DNA of 64,000 nt from Eledone cirrhosa (GCA_964016885.1 OZ024740.1:245086001-245150000); one strand, 5' to 3'; counted from the stretch's first letter, positions 43,698-57,958 are shown. The notes: generated by a model from the sequence alone, not told the origin. Translations and numbers: made by a program.

Positions 43698-43969
43698 TTA
43701 AGCTGTGATCATGTTACAGTTATCTCAGCATTAGAGGAAGAGCAAAAGATGTTTGCATTTCACCGTTGTTACAGTTCGTCAGCACTCGCTTGAACAATTT
43801 GTAAATACGTCTTCACCAAGAATAGTTTGTTTACAAAATATAAAAGACAATATTGACTTTCATACTTCAATCTCTGCGGTGGTGGTGGTGGTGGTGGTGG
43901 TGGTGGTGGCGTTGTGTGTGTGTGTGCGCGCGTATTATATATCTCAAGCTTTACAGTCACAATATTCCA

Positions 43970-44465
43970 ATCAACATCATCACCATCCTCATCATCATTA
44001 ACATCATTATCACCATTATCGTCATCATCGCCACCACCACCACTACATCATCATTAATGCCATCACCAGCATCACCACTTCCATCACAATCACCATGATG
44101 ACCACCTCTATCATTATTCATATCACTATCATAATCATCACTATCATAATCATCACCATCATCACCATCACCATCATCAACATCACCACCACCACCACCA
44201 TCTCCTTCTCCACCAATACTACCACAATCATCGTCAACATAACTAATGCCATTACTAAGATAACCATCACCATCATCACCACCATGATCGTACCACTACT
44301 CACCATTACGACTACTACCTTTATCGCCATCATCACTATCACCGTACCCACTACCATCATCATCATCACCATCACTTCCACCACCTGCATCTCCATCAAC
44401 ATTACCCTCACCACCACCACCACCATTACCCTCACTGTTACCACAAGAACAGCAGCAGCAGCAGC
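43970..44465. repeat. Degenerate (CAT/CAC)n simple repeat
   Basis: Read directly; source of the Thr/Ile-rich ORF. Confidence 0.9.
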
Positions 44466-44565
44466 TGAAATACTCTCAGTCTATCGCTGTAATGTGCTCC
44501 TATATAATATTGGATCATCTCTGATGTTTCCAACCGCAATTTTTCAATGTTTCAACAGACATTAT

Positions 44566-44621
<56 letters not shown>

Positions 44622-45109
44622 GAGCCTCCATCTTCATCTATCTGTATCTGTCTCTCTCTCCTAACTCTCACTCCCCATCCCCCTCTCCCTACATCCTCTC
44701 ATTTTTTTTCTCTCATCTCCCTCTGCTTACCCTCTCTCCTTCTCGCTCACCCCCTCCTTACCCCCTTCCCTACCCCTTCTCTCTATCTCACTCACTCACC
44801 CTTTCCTAACTCTCTTTCTCCCGCTCTCTTTTTCATTCACCTTCACCTTCTCTCTCCGCTTCCTCCCACTCATCCTCTCCCACAATCGCTCTCCCCGTCT
44901 CATTCAACCATTCCTGCTTCTCTCTCTCCTCACTACACCTCTCCTCGCTCTGATCTATCTCACTCACACTCTATCACTATCTCTTACCTGGAAACCACCC
45001 AAAATACTTGTGAAAATATGAAACGAAAGCATCACCTTTGCTTCAGTTGGAGGTCAGCATGCCATCAGCGTAAGTGTGAGAGAGGAGACTATTATGCTTG
45101 TGTTTATTA

Positions 45110-48100
45110 GGGAAAGTACGTATGTGTGTGTATCTGAAAAGTACGTATGTGTGAGTGCATGTGTGTTTGTTTGTATGTGTAAGTATCTATGTGTTTGTCT
45201 TGGAAAGTACGTATGTGTGAGTGTATGTGCGTTTGTTTGTATGTGTAAGTATCTATGTGTTTGTCTTGGAAAGTACGTATGTGTGAGTGTATGTCTGTTT
45301 GTTTGTATGTGTAAGTATCTATGTGTTTGTCTTGGAAAGTACGTATGTGTGAGTGTATGTGTGTTTGTTTGTATGTGTAAGTATCTATGTGTTTGTCTTG
45401 GAAAGTACGTATGTGTGAGTGTATGTGTGTTGGTTGGATATGTAAGTATCTATGTGTTTGTCTTGGAAAGTACGTATGTGTGAGTGCATGTGTGTTTGTT
45501 TGTATGTGTAAGTATCTATGTGTTTGTCTTGGAAAGTACGTATGTGTGAGTGCATGTGTTTGTTTGTATGTGTAAGTATCTATGTGTTTGTCTTGGAAAG
45601 TACGTATGTGTGAGTGCATGTGTGTTTGTTTGTATGTGTAAGTATCTATGTGTTTGTCTTGGAAAGTACGTATGTGTGAGTGCAGGTGTGTTTGTTTGTA
45701 TGTGTAAGTATCTATGTGTTTGTCTTGGAAAGTACGTATGTGTGAGTGTATGTGTGTTTGTTTGTATATGTAAGTATCTATGTGTTTGTCTTGGAAAGTA
45801 CGTATGTGTGAGTGCATGTGTGTTTGTTTGTATGTGTAAGTATCTATGTGTTTGTCTTGGAAAGTACGTATGTGTGAGTGCATGTGTTTGTTTGTATGTG
45901 TAAGTATCTATGTGTTTGTCTTGGAAAGTACGTATGTGTGAGTGCATGTGTGTTTGTTTGTATGTGTAAGTATCTATGTGTTTGTCTTGGAAAGTACGTA
46001 TGTGTGAGTGCAGGTGTGTTTGTTTGTATGTGTAAGTATCTATGTGTTTGTCTTGGAAAGTACGTATGTGTGAGTGTATGTGTGTTTGTTTGTATATGTA
46101 AGTATCTATGTGTTTGTCTTGGAAAGTACGTATGTGTGAGTGCATGTGTGTTTGTTTGTATGTGTAAGTATCTATGTGTTTGTCTTGGAAAGTACGTATG
46201 TGTGAGTGCATGTGTTTGTTTGTATGTGTAAGTATCTATGTGTTTGCCTTGGAAAGTACGTATGTGTGAGTGCATGTGTGTTTGTTTGTATGTGTGAGTG
46301 CGTGTGTGTTTGTTTGTATGTGTAAGTATCTATGTGTTTGTCTTGGAAAGTACGTATGTGTGAGTGCATGTGTTTGTTTGTATGTGTAAGTATATATGTG
46401 TTTATCTTGGAAAGTACGTATGTGTGAGTGCATGTGTTTGTTTGTATGTGTAAGTATCTATGTGTTTGTCTTGGAAAGTACGTATGTGTGAGTGTATGTG
46501 TGTTTGTTTGTATGTGTAAGTATCTATGTGTTTGTCTTGGAAAGTACGTATGTGTGAGTGCATGTGTGTTTGTTTGTATGTGTAAGTATATATGTGTTTA
46601 TCTTGGAAAGTACGTATGTGTGAGTGCATGTGTTTGTTTGTATGTGTAAGTATCTATGTGTTTGTCTTGGAAAGTACGTATGTGTGAGTGTATGTGTGTT
46701 TGTTTGTATGTGTAAGTATCTATGTGTTTGTCTTGGAAAGTACGTATGTGTGAGTGCATGTGTTTGTTTGTATGTGTAAGTATATATGTGTTTATCTTGG
46801 AAAGTACGTATGTGTGAGTGTATGTGTGTTTGTTTGTATGTGTAAGTATCTATGTGTTTGTCTTGGAAAGTACGTATGTGTGAGTGCATGTGTGTTTGTT
46901 TGTATGTGTAAGTATCTATGTGTTTGTCTTGGAAAGTACGTATGTGTGAGTGCGTGTGTGTTTGTTTGTATGTGTAAGTATCTATGTGTTTGTCTTGGAA
47001 AGTACGTATGTGTGAGTGGATGTGTGTTTGTTTCTATGTGTAAGTATCTATGTGTTTGTCTTGGAAAGTACGTATGTGTGAGTGTATGTGTGTTTGTTTG
47101 TATGTGTAAGTATCTATGTGTTTGTCTTGGAAAGTACGTATGTGTGAGTGTATGTGTGTTTGTTTGTATGTGTAAGTATCTATGTGTTTGTCTTGTAAAG
47201 TACGTATGTGTGAGTGCATGTGTTTGTTTGTATGTGTAAGTATCTATGTGTTTGTCTTGGAAAGTACGTATGTGTGAGTGTATGTGTGTTTGTTTGTATG
47301 TGTAAGTATCTATGTGTTTGTCTTGGAAAGTACGTATGTGTGAGTGCATGTCTGTTTGTTTGTATGTGTAAGTATCTATGTGTTTGTCTTGGAAAGTACG
47401 TATGTGTGAGTGTATGTGTGTTTGTTTGTATGTGTAAGTATCTATGTGTTTGTCTTGGAAAGTACGTATGTGTGAGTGCATGTGTTTGTTTGTATGTGTA
47501 AGTATATATGTGTTTATCTTGGAAAGTACGTATGTGTGAGTGCATGTGTTTGTTTGTATGTGTAAGTATCTATGTGTTTGTCTTGGAAAGTACGTATGTG
47601 TGAGTGTATGTGTGTTTGTTTGTATGTGTAAGTATCTATGTGTTTGTCTTGGAAAGTACGTATGTGTGAGTGCATGTGTGTTTGTTTGTATGTGTAAGTA
47701 TCTATGTGTTTGTCTTGGAAAGTACGTATGTGTGAGTGCATGTGTGTTTGTTTGTATGTGTAAGTATCTATGTGTTTGTCTTGGAAAGTACGTATGTGTG
47801 AGTGTATGTGTGTTTGTTTGTATATGTAAGTATCTATGTGTTTGTCTTGGAAAGTACGTATGTGTGAGTGCGTGTGTGTTTGTTTGTATGTGTAAGTATC
47901 TATGTGTTTGTCTTGGAAAGTACGTATGTGTGAGTGCATGTGTTTGTTTGTATGTGTAAGTATATATGTGTTTATCTTGGAAAGTACGTATGTGTGAGTG
48001 TATGTGTGTTTGTTTGTATGTGTAAGTATCTATGTGTTTGTCTTGGAAAGTACGTATGTGTGAGTGCATGTGTGTTTTTTGTATGTGTAAGTATCTATGT

Positions 48101-50320
48101 GTTTGTCTTGGAAAGTACGTATGTGTGAGTGCGTGTGTGTTTGTTTGTATGTGTAAGTATCTATGTGTTTGTCTTGGAAAGTACGTATGTGTGAATGTAT
48201 GTGTGTTTGTTTGTATGTGTAAGTATCTATGTGTTTGTCTTGGAAAGTACGTATGTGTGAGTGTATGTGTGTTTGTTTGTATGTGTAAGTATCTATGTGT
48301 TTGTCTTGGAAAGTACGTATGTGTGAGTGTATGTGTGTTTGTTTGTATGTGTAAGTATCTATGTGTTTGTCTTGTAAAGTACGTATGTGTGAGTGCATGT
48401 GTTTGTTTGTATGTGTAAGTATCTATGTGTTTGTCTTGGAAAGTACGTATGTGTGAGTGCATGTGTGTTTGTTTGTATGTGTAAGTATCTATGTGTTTGT
48501 CTTGGAAAGTACGTATGTGTGAGTGTATGTGTGTTTGTTTGTATATGTAAGTATCTATGTGTTTGTCTTGGAAAGTACGTATGTGTGAGTGTATGTGTGT
48601 TTGTTTGTATGTGTAAGTATCTATGTGTTTGTCTTGGAAAGTACGTATGTGTGAGTGTATGTGTGTTTGTTTGTATGTGTAAGTATCTATGTGTTTGTCT
48701 TGGAAAGTACTATGTGTGAGTGCATGTGTGTTTGTTTGTATGTGTAAGTATCTATGTGTTTGTCTTGGAAAGTACGTATGTGTGAGTGTATGTGTGTTTG
48801 TTTGTATATGTAAGTATCTATGTGTTTGTCTTGGAAAGTACGTATGTGTGAGTGCGTGTGTGTTTGTTTGTATGTGTAAGTATCTATGTGTTTGTCTTGG
48901 AAAGTACGTATGTGTGAGTGCATGTCTGTTTGTTTGTATGTGTAAGTATCTATGTGTTTGTCTTGGAAAGTACGTATGTGTGAGTGTATGTGTGTTTGTT
49001 TGTATGTGTAAGTATCTATGTGTTTGTCTTGGAAAGTACGTATGTGTGAGTGTATGTGTGTTTGTTTGTATGTGTAAGTATCTATGTGTTTGTCTTGGAA
49101 AGTACGTATGTGTGAGTGCATGTGTGTTTGTTTGTATGTGTAAGTATCTATGTGTTTGTCTTGGAAAGTACGTATGTGTGAGTGTATGTGTGTTTGTTTG
49201 TATATGTAAGTATCTATGTGTTTGTCTTGGAAAGTACGTATGTGTGAGTGCGTGTGTGTTTGTTTGTATGTGTAAGTATCGATGTGTTTGTCTTGGAAAG
49301 TACGTATGTGTGAGTGTATGTCTGTTTGTTTGTATCTGTAAGTATCTATGTGTTTGTCTTGGAAAGTACGTATGTGTGAGTGTATGTGTGTTTGTTTGTA
49401 TGTGTAAGTATCTATGTGTTTGTCTTGGAAAGTACGTATGTGTGAGTGTATGTCTGTTTGTTTGTATGTGTAAGTATCTATGTGTTTGTCTTGGAAAGTA
49501 CGTATGTGTGATTGCATGTGTTTGTTTGTATGTGTAAGTATCTATGTGTTTGTCTTGGAAAGTACGTATGTGTGAGTGCATGTGTGTTTGTTTGTATGTG
49601 TAAGTATCTATGTGTTTGTCTTGGAAAGTACGTATGTGTGAGTGTATGTGTGTTTATTTGTATATGTAAGTATCTATGTGTTTGTCTTGGAAAGTACGTA
49701 TGTGTGAGTGCGTGTGTGTTTGTTTGTATGTGTAAGTATCTATGTGTTTGTCTTGGAAAGTACGTATGTGTGAGTGCATGATTTTGTTTGTATGTGTAAG
49801 TATCTATGTGTTTGTCTTGGAAAGTACGTATGTGTGAGTGTATGTGTGTTTGTTTGTATGTGTAAGTATCTATGTGTTTGTCTTGGAAAGTACGTATGTG
49901 TGAGTGCATGTCTGTTTGTTTGTATGTGTAAGTATCTATGTGTTTGTCTTGGAAAGTACGTATGTGTGAGTGCATGTGTTTGTTTGTATGTGTAAGTATC
50001 TATGTGTTTGTCTTGGAAAGTACGTATGTGTGAGTGCATGTGTGTTTGTTTGTATGTGTAAGTATCTATGTGTTTGTCTTGGAAAGTACGTATGTGTGAG
50101 TGCATGTGTGTTTGTTTGTATGTGTAAGTATCTATGTGTTTGTCTTGGAAAGTACGTATGTGTGAGTGCATGTGTTTGTTTGTATGTGTAAGTATCTATG
50201 TGTTTGTCTTGGAAAGTACGTATGTGTGAGTGCATGTGTTTGTTTGTATGTGTAAGTATCTATGTGTTTGTCTTGGAAAGTACGTATGTGTGAGTGTATG
50301 TGCGTGCCTCTATGGAAAAG
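45110..50320. repeat. 66/64-bp minisatellite array, about 5.2 kb (about 79 units)
   Basis: Unit ggaaagtacgtatgtgtgagtgyatgtg(tg)tttgtttgtatgtgtaagtatctatgtgtttgtctt; degenerate units at both edges. Confidence 0.98.
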
Positions 50321-50688
50321 TACGAATGTGTGTGCTAGTGTATGTATGTGGCTGTTAGAGAAAGTACGAATGTCTGAATGTGTGTTTAAGCGTATGTGTG
50401 AAACTGTTGGATATTGTGTATGTATATGTGAGCGGATGCATGTGTATGCGTGTAGCGCGTGTAATACAAAATATATGTGAGTGCGACTGTGTGTTTCAGG
50501 CAGTAAATTTATGTTGGACGTGTCAGCGAGTATATGTATGAAAGTATATGTATATGAGTGATTGCGTGTATGTGTATATGCGTGTGCATGTTTCCGTCAG
50601 AAAGTGTGGCGTCCTCCAAGATTCATTTTTTGTCTCCCGTACACTTTCTCCAATAAATCATCAACATACTAACCATCACTACCAACAG

Positions 50689-51020
50689 ACCCAGGCTTCG
50701 CTACTCGACAACCCAAAGATCGTAAGCTGTCGAAGTATCGGCCGTTTTCCAATAGGTTTGTCATCGAACCTGTACCAGCGGAGACATCCGACGTTCTTGG
50801 TCATCCGGACAACCTCCTACTCACTACTATTAGGGGGGAATTAGCCACCTGCAGGAATGAGGCCGCGTGTTGGAATGGTTATTGCAGCGCGTTTCGTCCC
50901 CATCCTCCAGGACAACGCATTCTCCATTCTGTCCGCTGGAACCAAGAGGCGACCAGTGAACGCCAGAGAGCACTCCCACATACCGCCCAGACCAGTAATC
51001 ATTGGGGTATCGATGTTTGA
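50689..51020 (+). CDS. Candidate last coding exon of an unidentified host gene
   Basis: GC-richer unique island with branch-like ctaac (50669-50673) and acceptor caacag| (50688). 110 codons: PGFATRQPKDRKLSKYRPFSNRFVIEPVP...QTSNHWGIDV*. In-frame stop just upstream of the acceptor; donor-like aag|gtaata at 51040. Confidence 0.45.
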
Positions 51021-51882
51021 TCATACTTTTGAGATTTAAGGTAATATCTACCTGGGTTTAGATATGTGTAATCGAAAGCTTTAAAAATACACATTTAATC
51101 AAAAGCTTACACCAATAACAATGATGTTAGCAAATGAAATATTCAAATTCCAGAAATTCTCAAACCTGACCTGAATGCTTGTAACAGACACTCAATGGCT
51201 AGGTGGTGGTGTTAAACGAGGAGAAAGATTTTTCCTTTGGGTTAATCAGAGTGTGAAGGGCAGTGTCAATGACCCTTTTCAGGGCCTTGGAGACCTGGCT
51301 TGAATGCTTTCAACTGAGTGAACTCCGCTACATACACACAAGTGCCAAGATGTGTTAAATTGAACGGATCTAGTCTGTCACACAAACAGGAGTGATCCCT
51401 CAGCTTCGACAGTTTCTGTCGGGCAAATTTAACTCACATGGTTTTGGGGCTATGATAGAAGACATTTTCTCGGCAACTTCTTAACCACACAACCGGTGAA
51501 TTAACTCTGACCTGGGGCTCAGCAACAGCTTTAACACCACTACCAACAACAACAACCATAAAATCCCAGCAACAAGTTGTAAAAATATACTTCCATATCA
51601 GAAACGTTAGTTTCTACTAAACACTATTGTTACTACTACTACTACTACTGCTGTTACTGGTGCTGTTGCTGCTGCTGCTACTGTTGTTGCTACTACTACT
51701 ACTGCTGCTACTACTACTACGTAATTCAGACCTTTGATTGCCTGACAGCAGGTTTTAGTGTGTTTGTCTGTACGTCTGAATGTGATTCATCGTTCAGGTA
51801 TGTAACCGGTACACACCTCAACCCAGCCATCCACCCACCGACCATAACATCTCTTGAGCAGCGCTTATATAGATTATCTACT

Positions 51883-51918
<36 letters not shown>

Positions 51919-52891
51919 TACCTGCTATGCAAGGCAGGCCTGTCATTCCACACCGTTCCATCTATCAAAAACAATACCTCCACCTATCCCTACTCCCTCA
52001 TTACCCCCCTCTCTCTCTCCCTCTCTCTTTCTCTCTTTCTCTCTCTCTCTACTTTCTTTCTTTCTTTCTTCGTCTCTATCTCACCTTTCTCTCACCCTCA
52101 TTCCCCCCCTACCCTCCTCTTTCTTTCTCTTCTTCACAGCAGCTGTTACTCTTTACACTTCCATACACATACAAACACGCACGTTCACATTCACACACAC
52201 TCACACACACACACAAACGCGCACATTCGCATTCACACACACACCTGTACACATCCCCTATTACATTTTCCTGCAAATTTTCTGTAACATGAATTCTCCG
52301 TCGCTTTTGAGGATGAGTTTTCCAGTTGTTTGATCAACTGAAGTACCCACTTTTTAGGATCAAGTGACTGAGTATTCCACAGGCACTTGTACGTAATTTT
52401 CAAGCAGAATCGGCGTAAAACAGGTTATGTTACAAAGCAGATACTTGAATCACGATTACAGTCCATATTGAATTATAGTGTAAATAGGTTGAGTATTCCA
52501 CAGAGATGTGTACCCTTGAGGTAGTCTTCAGGTAACATCAGAGTGACTGGTATTGTCCACCTTTAATGAAAGTGTAAACGGCTGAGTATTCTACAAACAT
52601 GTGTACCCTAAACCTAATACTCGACTAAAATTAGAGTGGCACAGTGTGTGATAAGGCGGATCTTTCAATTATAGATAGTCTTAAATTATTGTGTAAATAG
52701 CTGAGTATTCCATATACATATACACCTTTGATGTAATCCTCGGGTAGCATCTGTGTCGCACGGTATATGATAAGGTAGGCTTCCATGGTTTCAACAACTA
52801 TTGAAAATAAATTACTGGGGAATGCTTGCTTTCTCTTCTTGTTATTTTCCATGTCTTTTCGTTTTCTTTTGTTTGCTAATTTTATTAGTTA

Positions 52892-53870
52892 CTAGCAGAA
52901 TGGCCCGGCGTTGCTCGGGATTTGCTCTAGGGTTCTTATATATTTGATATATATTTATCTTTCCTTATCCGTGAAATAAATACGTTTGTTTATATTTTGT
53001 TATTGTGTATGCAAAAATATCTGTACACGAATATATAAATAACAGTACAGAGAAGTACGTAATACATCGGCCTCGGGTTGGTGTCTACATTTTGTGCTTA
53101 TAAAAAAAGTTCGTCGTACATTACCAGGGTTTTTTTCCGTTCGAAGAAAATCAGTACTTTATCGCGAAATAAATACTTTTGTTTATATGTGTATGCAAAA
53201 ATATCTGTACACGAATATATAATTATATATATATTAAAATAACAGATTAAAGTTTAAGCAAATAATCGCTGCTTTCACCCTTAACGGGATCTTCTGAAAC
53301 TAAAATAATAACTCTATGAACGCAGAAGTAAATATTTCGAAAAACGTTACACACTATATATATACACACACTATATACACACACACACACACATACAGAC
53401 ACACACACACACCGCGTCATAATGACGTAATGCAGACAGCCAGGCATACAAACAGATATAAAGTACCAGTAATGCACTGGGTAATTGCTGGCCTTGTGCC
53501 TAAAGTAGAAACAATTATAAGGTTAACTTTGCCTTTCATCCTTACGGGGTCGATAAAATAAAGTACCAGTAATGTACTGGGTAATTGCTGGCCTTGTGCC
53601 AAAAGTAGAAACAATTATAAGGGCGCAACGTAATATCTATGTATCTATCTAAAAAGAGAAAGACTAAGAGAGAGAGATAGAGATCGCTAAATCGCCTGAT
53701 GCGGTCCCTAGGGCATTAAAAATTTGAAATTTCTTTTGTTCAGAACACTCAATAGGACCATAAGTATTACATGTGTAAAGTTTGAAAACAATCGGTTGGG
53801 TTATTCTCGAGTATTAGTGATTTTACAGACAGACAGACAAACAGTCATTCTCTGTTTTAGTTAATATAGA
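52892..53870 (-). mobile_element. Non-autonomous Helitron-like element carrying nested SINE pieces
   Basis: a|ctag terminus with adjacent hairpin cccggcgttgctcggg; (acag)n and tataga|t at the other end. Confidence 0.7.
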
Positions 53871-53875
53871 TATTT

Positions 53876-53973
<98 letters not shown>

Positions 53974-54529
53974 CTCAGGAAGAAATTGGCTGTTCTGATC
54001 TGAAGAAGGGATTGGCTCCATCGGGTCTAAAGTGACCAGGAAACGCCCCAATACACGCTGTATACAATGACGGTGCTCCTACATCTCTATCATGAGTTAC
54101 GGATCCATACATAACTTTAAACATGTCAGTTTAATATATAAAAACAGGATTTTTATGTACTGGTCAATTATTCCTTTGTGTGTGAAGGAATCTGTTTTTG
54201 ATTTTGTTTCTTTTTAACTTTGATCTTGTAGGTTTATTTACTATGATTATATTTGTGGTTCTTCTTACCTTGTTTCACTTTCAATTACCCTTTTCCTATT
54301 GTGTCTGTATTACATATTTAAATTTTATCGTCAATATTTTTATTAACAGGTCGGAAATCCCCTCAACTGGATTGATGAGTATAACCATGAATATGAGCTC
54401 CCTGACTCAGTTAATGGCAGTATGTGCATATCATTCCCTCTGCTTGTATTGATGTTAATTTTATAGTGAAAATATATGTAAAACTAGTTTGTGAGAGTGA
54501 AGTTGTATTCCAGAATGTTGATCTTAGTA

Positions 54530-54629
54530 AACTGGATCTTTCCTTAACTGGATCTTTCCTTACCTGGATCTTTCCTTAACTGGATCTTTCCTTAACTGGA
54601 TCTTTCCTTAACTGGATCTTTCCTTAACT
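54530..54629. repeat. 16-bp minisatellite, 6 copies
   Basis: aactggatctttcctt repeated. Confidence 0.95.
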
Positions 54630-54814
54630 TCATATATGAAGTCTGCCAAAACAATTTGGAAGGGGATGACAAATACAATTAATTTCAATAAAATGGTGTC
54701 CCTCTTCCTTTGATGCCTTTGCAATCTTTGGAGACGTCACCAACCTTTACATGGTGTGAAAGTGTAAACAATTAAGACAAAGCTTCTTCTAATATCTATA
54801 TATCACAGTATTCT

Positions 54815-54864
<50 letters not shown>

Positions 54865-55617
54865 GAATAAAAAGTGTCCTTATACTGATATGCACAATGA
54901 TGGGATGGTCACAACTGAAGGGCATTGATTAGAGAACTGCTTGACCTGGGGCTAAACTACTACCATTAACAATAATAATAACAATACAACTACTACTAAT
55001 ACTACTATTAGTGTCATGTTGATACCCACTATAATTTGGGAGATACAATTAATCAGTCACCCAGTTTAACACCACCACCTAGTCCTTGGGTGCCTTTAGC
55101 AGTATCCCCATTATTTTTAGTGTTCGGACCAGATCTCCGGTTTCAACCAATCTTAAAGGTCCAGAAAAGCGTCACAAGCACAGCCCTTCCTTCCCTGTAC
55201 AAATAATTTTTTAAATTGTCCAAACTACTCTAATTCAAAAGAAATTTTCAAATTCTTTAAAAAAAAAAGAAAATGTGTATACTCTTATTAGATGAAACCC
55301 ATCAGCAATTAGCTGTGATTAGTTAGAATGAATAATCAGTGAGATGATAAGAAGCAGTTTAAATTATATTTTAGATGGAATAAGATCTTCATTCAGTAAT
55401 AGGGTGGGATGAGGCCAAGGAGGCAGAGTCAGAGAAAGACCTTACTTCGTATAGTAGGGAAATATATCATCTTTTCACTCATACATTCTCTCTCACACAC
55501 ACCACACACATACACTACACAAACATACACACAAACACACACACGCACACATACATACAAATGTGTATATATAAATGTACATATCATATATATATATATA
55601 TATATATATATTCTATT

Positions 55618-55920
55618 CTAAGGCGGGTAAAATTCCGGAGATCCATGGACGAGTTCTCTCCAGCGGTCTCTGTCCCTCATTATCGCTGCCATGTCCTGCG
55701 TCTCCAACAGACCAGTGTCTGTCCTTAGGGCATCAACATACGTTAACCTTGGTCTTCCTCTTCTAGTGTGTCCATGTAGGGGCTCCCAAAGGAGCACTGA
55801 GTGCAATGTCAACTCTGGATGTCGGTGAGCATGTCCAGCCAACCTCAGTCTCCTCTGTGTCACCTTTGAGTATGTGTTGGTTGCTTGCCGACACTTCCGT
55901 ATGCAGGTTAGAGTACTCAA
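55618..55920 (-). mobile_element. RTE-clade LINE C-terminal fragment
   Basis: RRLRLAGHAHRH...LLWEP..RRGRPRLTYVD..DRDRWR. Confidence 0.85.
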
Positions 55921-55985
55921 TGAAATACGCAGGTGAGTCTGTTTCCTCCGGAGTAATTTAAAACAAGAAGTGTTTATTCATATAC

Positions 55986-56044
55986 GCCGCAATATATATT
56001 TCGGTGATAGCCACTATTCAACAGTTATGACCTCATCAGGCAGC
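55986..56044 (-). ncRNA. Type I hammerhead ribozyme
   Basis: gctgc-CTGATGA-ggt...acc-GAAA-tatata-TT-gcggc. Confidence 0.85.
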
Positions 56045-56956
56045 TAGAACTTGAACAGAAAAAACAGGGAAACAATGGTGGAATAGAGTTTACCTTGTTA
56101 ATTTGTTGATATGCCAAGATCCGAAATGTGGTGTTGTTTATTCAAAGAACTGGTGGCATATGACCTAGAATGAACGAATTCAAGCATCCACAATTATTCA
56201 GCGGCTAGGCTCGTGCTGTGGTTCACCCTTCCGTCTCATTTCTTTAGTTCGAACCCAAGTTAAGAGTCAATAGCTAATTAGTGAGATAATATACGTTGGA
56301 TTTGGGAATCTCCATGCACCCCACATTTCCGACCACCGGACTTCACCATCCACCTCCGGTCAGTGATCCGGTTCTCCGCACACAAAAGTCAGTACAAACA
56401 GCGATAAGTAGATGTGTGTTTATGGGTGTGTACTAAATTTTTTAAATATCGATTATAATTTTTAACACTTATTAATTTTTAAAACATTAATTTTTAACAC
56501 TTATAAATTTTGACACGTATAGGTTTTAAGACCTACAGTTATAATTCTACCATCTACTATCAGGATATGGAAAACACTACAATACTTCCGCAATAGAAAG
56601 GTAGTGACTGACCTGTTTACACCATTGCCACTGTAGCCAAATGGGTCAACTAGACCAAAACACCCCTATATGAAGTTATTATAGCTGGTTGTTAAAATCA
56701 ACCCTAGCAGGCTGACCTGCTTCAAAGACAACTGATCTAAAGAATTCAATAGGCTTTCTACTGGAGTGTTAAGATAGTATTTGACCAATGAGAGGAAGGT
56801 ATACCCTTCGGATGCTTGAATTCGTTCATTCTAGGTCATATTCCACCAGTTCTTTGAATAAACAGCACTACATTTCGGATCTTGGCATATCAACGAATTA
56901 ACAAGGTAAACTCTATTCTACCATTATATTTTCCTGATTTTTCTGATCAAGTCCTA

Positions 56957-57015
56957 GCTGCCTGATGAGGTCATAACTGTTGAATAATGGGTATCACCGA
57001 AATATATATTGCAGC
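56957..57015 (+). ncRNA. Type I hammerhead ribozyme
   Basis: gctgc-CTGATGA-ggt...acc-GAAA-tatata-TT-gcagc. Confidence 0.85.
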
Positions 57016-57074
57016 GAATATGAATAAACGGAGTTAATTTTAACCTGTTGACTTACACTTCTTGTTTTATATAT

Positions 57075-57192
<118 letters not shown>

Positions 57193-57196
57193 GCGC

Positions 57197-57227
<31 letters not shown>

Positions 57228-57401
57228 TATGTCTCTCTCTCTCTATATATATATATATTATTGCAGAGGTCCTTCCGTTTTTCTAAACCCTGTAAAAAGA
57301 ACTCGGAAGGTTGGGCCTCCAATCAGGCCTCTGTAGCAGCGATCAAGCCGGGAACTTTTCACCCCATCTCGTATATGTTTCTATTCTCTCTTTATCCGCA
57401 C

Positions 57402-57437
57402 TTTCCTGAAGAAGGAGTACTGTCCGAAAAGTTGAAA
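57402..57437 (+). ncRNA. Minimal hammerhead, mutated copy of the 19242 family
   Basis: tttc-CTGAAGA-a-gga..tcc-GAAA-ag-TT-gaaa; downstream tail homologous to 19277-19355. Confidence 0.6.
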
Positions 57438-57679
57438 CCTCCCCCACTTCCACCAAGCGTGAAACTAATATAACTGTGTAAAATTACCTCCTGTGTTTTG
57501 TTTCTTTCATTCATTAACTATATATATACGATAATCTTTTATTTTATTTACATAACATTCAACCAAAATTATTAACTCACAGTTTTAAAATATTGACATT
57601 TATCACATTTACAAATATGACAAATATGAAGATATGACAAAATGTTATTTTACTAATGCGTCACTTTTACGCCACCCTG

Positions 57680-57741
<62 letters not shown>

Positions 57742-57897
57742 GGAGACACAAAGCAGGCTTTGTTTACAAACAGCTAGCGAATTTGAAAATTAAGTAGTAA
57801 TATGTGCTTATGCCGTATTTGACTAAATAGAATTAGTCTGTTAGTTGGGATTTTAAAAGACCCTCTGAATGGAAAAAAGGATTAGTATTGACGTACA

Positions 57898-57958
57898 TGG
57901 GACACGAATCCACATCTTTGGTTTGCCGGACCGATGTATTACCATTACACCAAAACTC
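57898..57958 (-). mobile_element. tRNA-like SINE head lying between inverted arms 57788-57841 and 58057-58110
   Basis: tggtgtaatggta (A box) and ggattcgtgtccca (B-box-like). Confidence 0.5.

Larger units (their letters stand above)
55960..57068. mobile_element. PLE-type element with diverged inverted pLTR arms (about 55960-56189 and 56810-57068)
   Basis: The arms are reverse-complementary and each has an HHR related to the one at 5145-5200. Confidence 0.8.

Noticed and set aside
46792-49581. 929-aa ORF and overlapping ORFs
   Set aside because: They are translations of the 66-bp minisatellite, open in several frames on both strands and frame-shifting with the 64-bp units.
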